Positions 48,541-59,430 are shown, counted from the whole stretch's first letter. The stretch: DNA of 62,308 bases, filler included, from Sphacelaria rigidula (GCA_964200075.2; 9 parts of 9 records of this genome joined end to end with filler, not necessarily neighbours in it), one strand, 5' to 3'. Notes: a model not told the origin generated them from the sequence alone. Numbers and translations are program-made.

Positions 48541-51500
48541 CACCCTCGACCGCCTCTTCACCCGCACCGCCGATCGCCGCGAGCCCACCCGGAGCGAAGA
48601 TCTCGGTGTCGAGAAGACGGTTGGGGACGTCATCGGTGCGGTGGTAGGCCCGTCGAGCCTCGACCACGGCTCGATCGATCGCCTCGGCGTCGAACCGGTC
48701 ACCGGTGAACTGCTGCGGGATCAGTCGGGTCTCGAACAGCTGGCCTCGGGACAGGCCGGTGATGATGACCGGAGCCCCGACCTCGACCGCACGGTTGGTC
48801 GCCAGCGTGTAGATCGCCTTGTAGCAACCGTTGCAGACGTTCGAGAACCGCTCGAGGCTGTCACGGAAGATCTCGTTCATGGCCGGGGTCGACATGAACT
48901 CGTGGTCGATGCCCAGATCGGCGGCCGACTGTCGGGCGTTGGCCTTCGCACCGTCGGAGATGAACCCGTTGTCGAGGGTGAGGGCGAGCACGTCGAAGCC
49001 GGCGTCGACCAGCTGGTAGAGGGCGTAGGTGGAGTCCTTGCCGCCGCTCAGCAGATGGATGGCGTCGTACGTGCCGGTGCGATCGGCCCGGGCCTTGTCT
49101 CGGATGGCGACGAGGTCGTCTCTCGTGCCGAAGTACGAGGCAGCCTGCACCTTCACTCGATCGTAGGAATGGCAGACGGTGCAGACTCCGTCGGCGTCGA
49201 AGCTGGTGCCGGGCACTCGTGACGACAGCCCGCAGCGCACGCAGTAGGTGACGTCGCCGGCGGCGATGATCTCCGACGGAGTCCAGACCCGAACGGCGGC
49301 GACCGAGATGGCGGGGTGGTCGGCGAGCGCCTGCTCGACCTCGCTGGGGTCGAGGCGAATACCACCGACCTTGACCTGTTCGTCAGCTCGACCCAGGTAG
49401 GTGAGGATCAGCTCACTCTCGGAAGGCGTGCTGCCGGAACCCTCGACCTCTTGTGGACGGCCGGGTGAGAGGCGCACGAGATCGCCCGATCGGTACCAGC
49501 GACGTCCGCCGAGTTCGACGAACGCTTCACCTCCGGCACCACCGAGGTAGCCGGTGGTGACCCCGGCATGGCTGATGTAGAGCTCGCCGACCGCGCCGAT
49601 GGGCACGAGCTGGCGATGACGGTCGAGGACGGCCAGCCGCACGCCGGGCGCCGGGCGACCGATCGGTACATCCGCGGTCGCCTCGAGTTCGGCGGGGTCG
49701 GCGCGGTGGATCATGCACCCCACGACGGCTTCGGTCGGCCCGTACTCGTTGAAGAGCACGAGGTGTGGTTGCCAGTCCCAGAGGCGGCGGGCCAGACGAC
49801 TGGTGAAGGCCTCGCCTCCGACGACGAGGGTGCGCAGGGCGTGGTCGGCCGGGATCCACCGCAACAACAGGTCGAGGTGCGAAGGGGTCGCCTTCGCCCA
49901 GGTGATGTCGGGACGCATGGCGATGGCTCGAACGGCGGCCGGGCCGTCGTCGGGAATCACCACGAGTCGCCCGCCGGCGAGCAGTGGGGCGAACAGGGTG
50001 GTCACGGTCAGGTCGAAGGTGAGCGCGGTGAAGAGCGCGGCGACCGGAGCGGGCTGCTCGACGAAGTACGACGAGCGAGCGAAGTCGATGTAGCCGGCGA
50101 GTCCCCACTGGGTGATCGGCACGCCCTTGGGCTCGCCGGTCGACCCCGAGGTGTACAGGAGGTACGCCTCGTCGTCGGGATCGATCGCCGGACGCTCGAC
50201 CTCGACCTCGACCTCGGGTTCGGCCTTCGTGGATGCCGCTGGATTCGCCTGCAACAGCTCGCTCGACTCGGTGACGGTCAGTACCGCGCCGGCACGCTCG
50301 ATCAGGGTGTCGAGACGAACTCGAGGTTGAGCGGGGTCGAGCGGCACGTACGAGGCACCGACGGTCATGACGGCGTAGATGGTGATGAGCGTCTCGACCG
50401 AGCGGCCCATCTCGATGGCGACTCGGTCGCCTCGGTTCACGCCGTGATCGGTCAGCGCTGCGGCCCGCTCGTCGACTCGTTGCCACAGTTCGACGCCGGT
50501 GAGCGGGTCACTGCCGTCGGCCGATTCGACGACGACGTCGGTCCGGGTGCTGACGGCGCTGCGGAGCTGTTCGACGACCGGGCCGGGAGGCTCGGTGGCT
50601 TCGGGGCCGGTCCCCCACTGCACGAGGCGAGCGAGTTCGTCGGCCGTGACGATCGAGCGTGCGCCGATCGGCTGATCGAGATCGCCCAGGAAGGTGTCGA
50701 GGACGGTGAGGAAGTGGTCGGGGGCGAGCTCGCCGTGTTGGGGGTCGGCGGCCGCTTCGTTGAGGTCGAGCGCGAGCTGCAGGCCGCCGTCGCCGTAGCC
50801 GGTGAGCTGGACTCGAAGCAGGTGAGTGGGGTCGGTGGCGCCGGGATGGATCCAGGTGGTCGTCGCCGGAATCGGGCCGAACGAGCCGTACCCCATGTTG
50901 GGGATCACGTTGACGACGGTCTCGAAGTCGGCCGGTGCGGTGCGGCCAAGCTCGGCGTTTCGGAGCGTGGTGAGGATCGAGCGGCCGATGCGTTTGTGCA
51001 GCGAACGGGCGGTGTCGTCGGGTTCGATCTCGATGTCGACGCCGAAGACGTCCATGACCGGACCGACCATGGATCGGGCATCGGGGGTCGAGCGGTTGTG
51101 GACCGGCATGCCGATGGCGAACCGATCGGCGCCGGTGAGGCGGTGGAGGTAGAGCGCCGCCGCGCTCATCATGAGCGTGGTCCAGCCCAGTTCGGGGCTC
51201 AGCATCCGCAGGTCTGCGGCCAACCGCTTCTCGGCCTGGGCCAACCGATCGGTGGCGGCGATCTCGACTCGGCGGCTGGCCGGTGTCGGCCGGGTCGGCG
51301 CCGAGTACAGGCGGCCGATCTTTGGGGCGTCGGGACGAGTCGACCAGAAGCGCTCGATCTTGTCTGCACGTTTCGACCCTGCGGCCGTCGTCGACTGCGC
51401 CGTGTCGGCGAGGCTGCGGTACCAGCGGTAGTAACTGACCTGCTCGGTCGGGGGCTCGCGGCCTTCGACCAGGGCGTGGTAGGTCTCGGCGACGGCGGCG

Positions 51501-51934
51501 AACACGAGGGCGGCCGAGGTGGCATCGGTGGCGATGTGATGGAAAGCCAGGTACCACGAGGTGGTGCCGTCGGGATGTCCGACGATGACCGAATCGGTGG
51601 GTCCGACCGAGAGGTCGATCGGGTGCTTGGCCCGTTCCGATGCCCAGTCGGCGACGGCATCTCGATCCAACGAGATCCGTTCACTGGTCGGCGAGGTGCC
51701 CGAGACCTGGGCGACGGCCACGCCGTCGACGTCGTCTACTCGGGTGCGGAGGGCGTCGAATCGCTTGGCGACGAGGGCGAAGGCGTCGGCGAGCACCGAC
51801 GCCTCGATCGGGCCGTCGAGATGCGACAGCAACGCCATGTTCTGGTGGCCGGCCTCCGGGCTGCGTCGCTGGGAGGCGAGCAGTGACCGCTGCATCGGCG
51901 AGAGTTGGGTGCCGATGCGGACCGGGGTGGTCAC
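48541..51934 (-). CDS. NRPS: condensation domain + Asn-type adenylation domain interrupted by a PP-loop (ANH-like) domain; 3' end cut by contig edge
   Basis: C motif FHHIATDA; A motifs YLLYTSGSTGEPKGV, FDLTVT, NEYGPTEAVVG, YRSGDL, GRADEQVKVGGIRLD; then CVRC...CTVC...LLSGGKDSTY...TLDNGF...VCNGC. Probable start GTG at 51934 overlaps the carrier-protein stop (GTGA). Confidence 0.93.
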
Positions 51935-52185
51935 GAGGGGGCCGCCAGTCGGTTCATGAAGGCCACCATGAGGTCGACGGTCTGGAAGTTCTCCAGGACC
52001 ACGTCGCCCGGGTCGATCTCGACCCCGACTCGCTCCTCGAGCCATTCGACGATCTGGACCACGCCGAGCGAATCGACGAGGCCCGTGAGGAGCAGATCGG
52101 TCGAACCCTCGACCTCGACGGAGGGGTCGAGGCTGATGTCGTCGTTGATGAGCGAGATCAGCTCGTTGTCAAGGTCTGCGCTCAC
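51931..52185 (-). CDS. Stand-alone acyl/peptidyl carrier protein (84 aa)
   Basis: LLLTGLVDSLGVVQIV phosphopantetheine site, ENFQTV C-terminal motif; GTG start overlaps the upstream stop, preceded by caggag. Confidence 0.93.
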   Translation of the reverse strand: MSADLDNELISLINDDISLDPSVEVEGSTDLLLTGLVDSLGVVQIVEWLEERVGVEIDPGDVVLENFQTVDLMVAFMNRLAAPS

Positions 52186-53726
52186 GCGTGCTCCTGCTGG
52201 AGTTCGGTCCGAACCAGTCGGACATCGATCTTGCCATTCGAGGTGGTCGGCATGGCTGGTCGGGCGGCAAATGACGAGGGCAGCGCGGCGGGCGAGACCC
52301 TCGAGGCGACCCACCGCCGAAGCGCTCGAGGATCGAATTCGGCGTCGTCGTGCATCACCACGACTGCCGCCAGCTGGTCGTTGCCGGCGTCTGGTCCGAC
52401 GACGGCGTGACGCACTCCCGGGGCCGAAGCCACGACCGCCTCGATCGATTCGAGTTCGAGGCGCACCCCGCGAACCTTGACCTGATGGTCACGGCGGCCA
52501 CGGAACCGAAGGGTGCCGTCGAGGTCGACCGTCACGAGGTCGCCGGTTCGATACCAGTCGGGTCCGTCGGCTCTCGGCATGCTGGTCAGTTCGTCGAGCT
52601 CGGGCTGCTCCCAGTAGCCGAGCATGCGGGTCGGGGCCGACACCACCAGTTCGCCGACCTCGTCGGCATCGTCGGCCAGCGGCGTCGTGCGGTCGGTTCC
52701 GACGATCAGGTAGTCGACGCCGATGGCCGGAAGTCCGATCGGTGTGTCGACCTCGTGGGGTGCCGGCGGCGCGATCAGATGGTGGTGGGTGATGGCGTTG
52801 ACCTCGGCCGGGCCGTAGACGTTGGTGATGAGCACGCCGGGGAAGGCCATCATCATCCGACGGAGGCCGGCGGTCGGGAACGGTTCGCCGGCGTAGGCGA
52901 TCGTGCGCAGCGGCGAGAAGTCTCGTTCGTCGAGCACGCCACGGTCGACGACCTGCTGGAACATGAATGGGACGCCGTACCAGATGGTGCAACGAGCGGC
53001 CGCTGCTCGTTCGGTGAAGGTTGCCGGGAACCGGAGTTCGGCCTCGGAGAAGATGGCCGACGAGCCCCCGACGTACGGCATGGCGTACAGCTCGAAGGTC
53101 GACATGTCGAAGTGCAGAGGCGTCAACGCCGCCAGGCGATCGCTGCGGGTCAGCCCGAACTCCTCGGCGGTCATCGCCGCGTAGGCCAGACCGCTGGCGT
53201 GGCTGTGCACGATCCCCTTGGGGACGCCGGTCGAACCCGAGGAGTAGATGATGTAGGCGGGAGCCTGGCCGGTCGAAGGTTCGGGCAGTTCGTCGGCCGA
53301 CGGCAGCTCCGGGCACTCGACGAACTCCTCGATCACCGCAAGCAGGTCGGGAACCGTCACGTCCAGGTCGAGCTTGACGGTCACCGACGGATCGCCGATG
53401 ACAGCCGAGGGTCGAGCGTTTGCGACCAGCGGCTGGAGCGCGGCGGCCGGAGCCAGCGGATCGATGGGCACCACGACGCCGCCGGCACGGTGGATGGCGT
53501 GGACCGCCATGAACGATTCGATGCTCTTGCGTCGGGCGACGATCACTCGATCACCGGGCTGCACACCGGCGGCGAGGAGGATGCGAGCACCGAGCGCCGT
53601 GCGCTCCTCGGCGTCGGCGTAGGACACCTCGATGAGGGTCCCGTCGTCTTCGTGGCCGACCAACACCGTGGCGTCGGGATGCCGTCGGGCAGTTTCGGAG
53701 ATGAGAGAGCCCAGGCTTGCGATCAC
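52182..53726 (-). CDS. Stand-alone amino-acid adenylation enzyme, L-proline:carrier-protein ligase-like (RedM/PltF type)
   Basis: YIIYSSGSTGVPKG, PLHFDMSTFELY, TIWYGVP, YAGEPFP, NVYGPAEVN, WYRTGDLV, GRRDHQVKVRG, SNGKID. Substrate assignment rests on motif similarity and context. Confidence 0.85.
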   Translation of the reverse strand: MIASLGSLISETARRHPDATVLVGHEDDGTLIEVSYADAEERTALGARILLAAGVQPGDRVIVARRKSIESFMAVHAIHRAGGVVVPIDPLAPAAALQPLVANARPSAVIGDPSVTVKLDLDVTVPDLLAVIEEFVECPELPSADELPEPSTGQAPAYIIYSSGSTGVPKGIVHSHASGLAYAAMTAEEFGLTRSDRLAALTPLHFDMSTFELYAMPYVGGSSAIFSEAELRFPATFTERAAAARCTIWYGVPFMFQQVVDRGVLDERDFSPLRTIAYAGEPFPTAGLRRMMMAFPGVLITNVYGPAEVNAITHHHLIAPPAPHEVDTPIGLPAIGVDYLIVGTDRTTPLADDADEVGELVVSAPTRMLGYWEQPELDELTSMPRADGPDWYRTGDLVTVDLDGTLRFRGRRDHQVKVRGVRLELESIEAVVASAPGVRHAVVGPDAGNDQLAAVVVMHDDAEFDPRALRRWVASRVSPAALPSSFAARPAMPTTSNGKIDVRLVRTELQQEHA

Positions 53727-53817
53727 CTACCCATGGTACGAAATCAGGAGCCTCGGTATGAGAGCAGTTTCGCCCCTCCCTCGAGTGTCGAGGCGTGCGC
53801 CATGCTTGAGTGAACCT
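53727..53817. promoter_or_regulatory. Short divergent intergenic region, expected to hold both promoters
   Basis: 91 bp between head-to-head genes; no promoter motif identified with confidence. Confidence 0.4.
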
Positions 53818-55068
53818 ATGGCAGCCCCCGAAATCACCCAAGACGCCGCGATCGATCTGCGAACGTCGTCTGCCGAGCCTGCCACTGTGACAGCCACGGT
53901 GAGTGTGCTCGACGCGATGCTCGACCTCGCCCATCCGGTGAAGATGGCCATGGCCGAACTCGCCGGCGGGTTCGCCATGCCTGCCGACACCGTGACGTTC
54001 GATCGTGAGGCGTGGAAGGCGGCGGCCGACGCCGGCGTGCTCGGTCTCCTCGTCGATCCGGCCCACGGGGGGCAGGGCCGCTCCATCGTCGAGGCGCTCC
54101 TTGCCTTCGAGGGGCTGGGCCTCGGCACCGACGCCCACGGCACCGTGTTCGCCCTCGCCTCGCAGGTGTTCGCCATGCAGCGAGCCCTCCAGGATTCGGG
54201 CACGCCTGAGCAGCTCGAACGCTGGTTGCCGTCGTTGGTCGACGGCTCTTCGATCGGCTCGTTCGCCATGACCGAACCCGATGCCGGGTCCGACACCGCC
54301 GGGATCACCACCCTGGCCACTCCCGTTTCCGGAGCAGCCGATCGGTGGACGCTGAGCGGCACGAAGACCTGGGTCACGCTTGCGCCCCAGTGTGACGTGA
54401 TCATCGTGTTCGCAACGACCGACCCGACCAAGGGCCGCTGGGCGCAGACTGCGTTCCTGCTCGGGTCCGATCGCGCCGGCATCTCGGTCGGCGAGGCCAT
54501 CCCGAAGTCGGGCTTGGCCGGTTGCCCGTTCGCCTCGGTGACGCTCACCGACGTCGAGGTGTCGAGTGATGACGTGCTCGGCAAGGTCGGTGCCGGCGGC
54601 AGTGTCTTCACCAGTGCGGTCGATGCCGAGCGGGCCTTTCTCTATGCCGCCCAGCTCGGGGCGATGGAGCGCACGCTCGACAAGACGATCCAGCGAGCTC
54701 GTACCCGTGAACAGTCGGGGCAGCAGATCGGCAAGTTCCAGGCGGTGTCACATCGCATCGCCGAGATGAAGCTGCGCCACGAGTCGGCTCGCCTGCTCGT
54801 CTACAAGGCGGCGGCGTTGCATGAGGCCGGCCGTTCGATCACGTTGGCCGGGGCGCTGGCCAAGCTGGCGAGTTCGGAGTCTGCGGTCGAGTCGGCAATC
54901 GACGCCATCCAGGTCCACGGGGCCGAGGGCTATACGCTCGCCGCCGGGATCGAGGCCGACCTGCGCAACGCCGTCGGCGGTCTGGCGTACTCGGGCACGA
55001 GCGACATCCAGCGCAACATCGTGGCCGGCCTGCTCGGCGTGGACCGGCCCCTGCGGAAGCAGCGATAG
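53818..55068 (+). CDS. Acyl-CoA dehydrogenase family protein, prolyl-carrier-protein dehydrogenase-like (RedW/PltE type)
   Basis: FAMTEPDAGSD, LSGTKTWVT, AERAFLYAAQLGAMER, REQSGQQIGKFQAVSHRIAEM, QVHGAEGY, YSGTSDIQRNIV. Start placed at ATG 53818 (uncertain). Confidence 0.9.
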   Translation: MAAPEITQDAAIDLRTSSAEPATVTATVSVLDAMLDLAHPVKMAMAELAGGFAMPADTVTFDREAWKAAADAGVLGLLVDPAHGGQGRSIVEALLAFEGLGLGTDAHGTVFALASQVFAMQRALQDSGTPEQLERWLPSLVDGSSIGSFAMTEPDAGSDTAGITTLATPVSGAADRWTLSGTKTWVTLAPQCDVIIVFATTDPTKGRWAQTAFLLGSDRAGISVGEAIPKSGLAGCPFASVTLTDVEVSSDDVLGKVGAGGSVFTSAVDAERAFLYAAQLGAMERTLDKTIQRARTREQSGQQIGKFQAVSHRIAEMKLRHESARLLVYKAAALHEAGRSITLAGALAKLASSESAVESAIDAIQVHGAEGYTLAAGIEADLRNAVGGLAYSGTSDIQRNIVAGLLGVDRPLRKQR

Positions 55069-55105
55069 GACAGCGCAAGCAGCGCCGCGTACGCGGCGCC
55101 GGCGT

Positions 55106-55374
55106 TCAGGCTCGGAAGAACCTGATGACTCGCTGAACGAGCGAGACCTGCGGAGCCTCGATGAACTCGACTGGCTCGCCGACGGGACGACCGGGTGCGA
55201 AGAGCGGCTTGACCAGAGGGCGCCGTTTGACGAAGAGCGCAGTGCGGATGTCGTCTGCGGTCACCTCGGCTGGGTGGAACAGTCCGACGGAGAGAGTCGA
55301 CGAGTCGGCGGGACCGACCGGCGTCATCGGGCGTTCCTGGACCGCTGCAGTCGGGTGCAGTTCGGTCTGGTCGT
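55106..55374 (-). CDS. C-terminal fragment of a bacterial hypothetical protein (convergent, 5' truncated)
   Basis: Open frame from the contig edge to a stop at 55106 (...QVSLVQRVIRFFRA); no motif. Confidence 0.45.
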
Positions 55375-55553
55375 NNNNNNNNNNNNNNNNNNNNNNNNNN
55401 NNNNNNNNNNNNNNNNNNTTAATTAATTAANNNNNNNNNNNNNNNNNNNNNNNNNNNNNNNNNNNNNNNNNNNNCATGCCACCTACAGGCGGTTCTTTCA
55501 TCGCACCGTCCAAAACAATTGGCTGCGGCATACGTAGAATTGATCAAAAATCA

Positions 55554-55608
<55 letters not shown>
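55554..55608. repeat. (GTT)n microsatellite
   Basis: Directly visible. Confidence 0.97.
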
Positions 55609-55609
<1 letters not shown>

Positions 55610-57189
55610 GTCATGGTATTGGCAGGGGCTAGTCTCGGGATCTCTCGGGCATACATGTCTCGAGTAAAGCAACGTTTGGATATGAATATTCGATTTGGCC
55701 GTTGAGAGACGCCAGTTTGTTGGAAGATCCAAATCGATGTTCTGAAGAGCAGTCGATGTGATACAAGTTGTATGGTTGATTGCCTTGTCTGCTGCGCATC
55801 GAGCGTTCATGTGCACAACAGCTAGCATTCCCGGAACGTTCGTTGGATGGAGGATTTTCTCTATCTGCTTTTCGATCCTTTTGCCATGACTAGATACGGA
55901 TATAGTTCCTGCGTAAGGTAGTCACACTGGTGTCCCGAGTGCCCACCATGAGCACTCATTTTCGGATCCAGGACATCATCAGCTTTGGCCACCGTTGCTC
56001 TGAGTTCCAAATGAGTCTTTAACAGTAAGCTCTATAGTAGTTTGGGGGAACTATTAGCTCTGGTTCGTATTGTAAACTACAAGAAATGAATAATTCATTT
56101 CTGTGAACATCTGGGTTTAAACTGTTACAGTGACAGCTCTGCATTGCAACCAGGCACATACGGCTCGAGCCTCTGTTCGTGAGAACATACAGGACAAAGG
56201 TGTAAGGTGGCTGCCTTCTAGGAGACGACTAGACCTCATTGTATGATATGTTGTTGTTTTTGTTGATGTGATGATGATGGCGATGATGACGATGATTATG
56301 TTGTCTGTGTAGAGCGGGCAACGCGAGTTCTAGGGCTTGGGTTGTTGCTGCGGCCGTCATGCCCCCTGTCGGTGCGTCGAGGATAAGTCAAGGACAAAGG
56401 AAATCTCGTCTGAAAGACTGGTATTCGTCTTGTCTACGCCTTCTCAGAAAAATGTCCGCGGTCCAAGGACGAAGAAGCCGCAGTTTCTTTACAAGAACCA
56501 CATATCTATCGCTACACACGCATAGCATGTCAGAAAATCGCTTCGCCCGTCAGCGGTCATGGAATGCGTGCATGCTTTCCTTGTAGTTGGCGGTTGCACG
56601 TGCTCATAACTTCGTTTACTGTAGCAGCCTGCTGCGACGATAGGCAGATTCGCTCGTTCTCTCCCATGATATCAATGCATTCACGCCAAGACGCCAACGA
56701 CAGCCTACTCCACTCTGTCGAATTGCTCCATCTTTCTATGGTCTTCACGCGCGCGTCCATGCAGCCTCAATTCACCGGCTGTGAATCTCTGTTCGGCGCC
56801 ATGAAGGAGGCGTGGCAGGTTTGTTGCCAGGTGAGCTTCGCCCGACGCGAGTAAATAGTTGATTTCCTTAATCGAAAGTTTCGTCGGCGCGTTCGAATGA
56901 CAGCAACACGCGGGGCAACGGTGGGTACATGCAACTGTAGGATATTGAGTGCCAACATCACAGCATGTCACGCTTGTTCTCCGCGCGCGGGGGGAGCGGA
57001 GGCGCGGCGGCGGCAGAGTTCTCTTTCAAGTGAACCTGTATGCGTACAAGTTGGCGTCGAGTGCAGGGCTCCTTAGGTCCTCCAAGTATGTGTAGGTGAC
57101 AGCATCATGGCCCAAGCATGTGAGAGGGGTGGAGGGGGTGCTGATTTGTTGCTTGGCTTAGTCGTTTGACCATTGACCACGCGCCTCCT

Positions 57190-59430
57190 TTCGAGACGGA
57201 ACACCGTTACTACTCCTTACAGAGACACCTCCATCATTTAGGCGCTCATTGCGTCTCTTCCATACACCACATAAAACCTTTGACGTATCTTATCCCCGTG
57301 CTGTTTCGCCGCCTCTGGCCACCATCTATCTCCTAGTGCAGCCATCATGTTTTCCCTATTGTCTGACGCACCAAACGATTTCATGCTACCTTCCTTTCCT
57401 TCCCCCATTTCCCCATCAAACACGTCCCGTCCCTCCTTGTATAGTTCACATTGTGCCACTATGTGAGTTCTACTCCATTGCTTCACCCCAGGGGCACTTC
57501 TGTGCATTTACTTCTCCCCCCTTTCGACCACTGGGGTACCTCTTTCTTGTTTCTGGCAGGTGCATGTCCCCCACCCGAAATCGCAGTTTCGAATTTTTCG
57601 CCTGGTCGATTGGGCCATGCAGATACTTTTTCTTCCCCATCCCCTCTCTCAACCCGCCGTATGTCAGGTGCTCCTCCTCGTGTATTTTCCGTCTTGGAGA
57701 TTAGTTTTCCCTGGTTTTTATCACGTGTCTTACTATTGTCTCATACCCCCCGCCTTCACCTATGGACATTTTCACGTCTTGGCTTCCTCCTGCCTCCTTT
57801 CATACGTTCTCGAATACTCTGTCCCACTCTTTTCCCGCTCGTATTTTCATCATTTTCTTTCATTCAACCCCATCCACTTTGACCAGCATTCTCCCTCTGT
57901 GTATGTTGTGTACGCTATATTGCGATTCAATTTCCTCATGTGTCTGTTAGTTTTAAGTGGGTATTTTCCCAATTCTGCTCTCAATGCTGTACTACGTTCC
58001 GTTTTTGAGTATCCAAGTATTTTCTCAACTACTAACAGACAATCCTATGAAATGAGGTTGTATGCTAAACTTATTATCGAGCCCAAACGAGTGCTTTCCC
58101 CACACTTGAACTGATGGTGCCCAATGACGTTTTTGTCGGCCCTATGCCCCTCGATCGTGTAGACACTTTTTCAGCGCATTTTACCGGTTCTGTAAGTTTA
58201 CAGCGCTGAGCGAAACCCTCATTTGCCCTGATTTTTATTTGTTTTGGGGGGGGGTTCGGGGAAATGAGGGTTTCGCTCAGCGCTGTAAGCTCACAGAGTC
58301 GGCAAAATGCGCTGAAGAAGTATCTAAATGATCGAGGGGCATAAGGTCGACAAAAACGTAATTGGGCATCGTCACTGTGAGTGCGGGGAAAGCACTCGTT
58401 TGATCTTCAGACTCATTTTGGCATAAAATCTCATTTTATTGAATTGCCGGTCAGCTGCTGCCATCTGTACTGTTTCCAACTTCTTCATCAACTTCGCGTT
58501 TCTCTTTCGTACTTCTTCTGCATCTAGCTTTGGTACAGTCACGTTCATCAGGATTCATCTCTTGATCCTGGTATCTAGGTGCGAGTGTCTGTGGATCACG
58601 TCCATCCTGCCTGTCTGTGCCTTACCCGTTTCTGTCACTTTACCCATGTGTGCATCCTGTTATAAGAACAGTGTTTTGAGATCTCTACGCCAAGGTATCT
58701 ATACCTACGATTGGTAATCACTCTTCTCCCCACTTCCATTTGAACTCCGCCGGGTTCTTCTTACCTTCGTTACATACAAGCACCGCGCATTTGTTCACGT
58801 TCGCTGCCACACTCCATTTCCTAGCGTATTGTAGCGCCTTTCCCGTTTTCTTCTGCAACCCTTCTGGTGTTTCTGATATCCTCATGGAATCATCCGCGAA
58901 CATCGATCCTGATACCGTATCTTTTCCCGCCTTGACCCTTTGCTTTGCCGCTCCTATTGCTCTCATGAGATTATCAACAAATACCTTGAATAAAGTGGGT
59001 GATAACGTACATCCTGGTGCAACTTGTGAACTTTCAAAATATTTGGACATTTTCCTGTCTAGTATCATAGCGCTTTTGGCACATTCTGTCATCTTCTTCG
59101 CCATTTTCTGCAATGTTCTTCTAACGCCAGTTTCCCACATCCTTTCCTACAGCCCATTTCTTGACACTGTGTTATAGGCCTTCTACAAGTTCAGAGAGAA
59201 ACAGTACGTTGCCAGCCCGGCGTCTTCCCTACCTTGAATTATCTCACCTAATATGGACACATGGTCTACTCAACTACGGTTTGGCCTATAATCTACTCGC
59301 GTTTCTCTGAGATTTTCCTCGTTTTCTAGCATCGTTATCACTCTTTCAGTCAGAATCTTACAGAGTGTTGTCCCTACGGTGCTCAGTGGGCTCATCCCTC
59401 TATGATTCCCTGGGTCAGCCTTATCTCCTC
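57190..59430 (-). mobile_element. Degenerate LINE reverse transcriptase and C-terminal region
   Basis: KADPGNHRGMSPLSTVG, KAYNTV, GCTLSPTLFKVFVD, MFADD, NVNKCAVL, C-terminal CP...HIVAQCELY zinc-finger-like remnant; many stops. Confidence 0.9.
58032..58454. mobile_element. Almost fully palindromic fold-back MITE inserted in the LINE
   Basis: ~200-bp arms (aaacgagtgctttcccc...cagcgctgagcgaaaccctcattt versus aaatgagggtttcgctcagcgctg...ggggaaagcactcgttt); the uninterrupted site is seen in the paralogous LINE at about 21020-21045. Confidence 0.9.

Larger units (their letters stand above)
48541..55374. other. Bacterial contig (high GC, probably Actinomycetota such as Acidimicrobiia) in an otherwise eukaryotic assembly
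   Basis: Abrupt GC increase, intron-free dense ORFs, GTGA start/stop overlaps, Shine-Dalgarno-like caggag; bounded by linkers on both sides. Taxon is inferred from composition only. Confidence 0.95.

Noticed and set aside
49568-53813. Long plus-strand ORFs (772 aa, 487 aa) and alternative-frame minus ORFs in the bacterial contig
   Set aside because: Shadow ORFs of high-GC genes; no motifs, and they overlap genes with clear domain signatures.
48541-55374. Horizontal transfer of an NRPS cluster into the eukaryotic genome
   Set aside because: No physical junction with eukaryotic DNA, no introns and no compositional amelioration.
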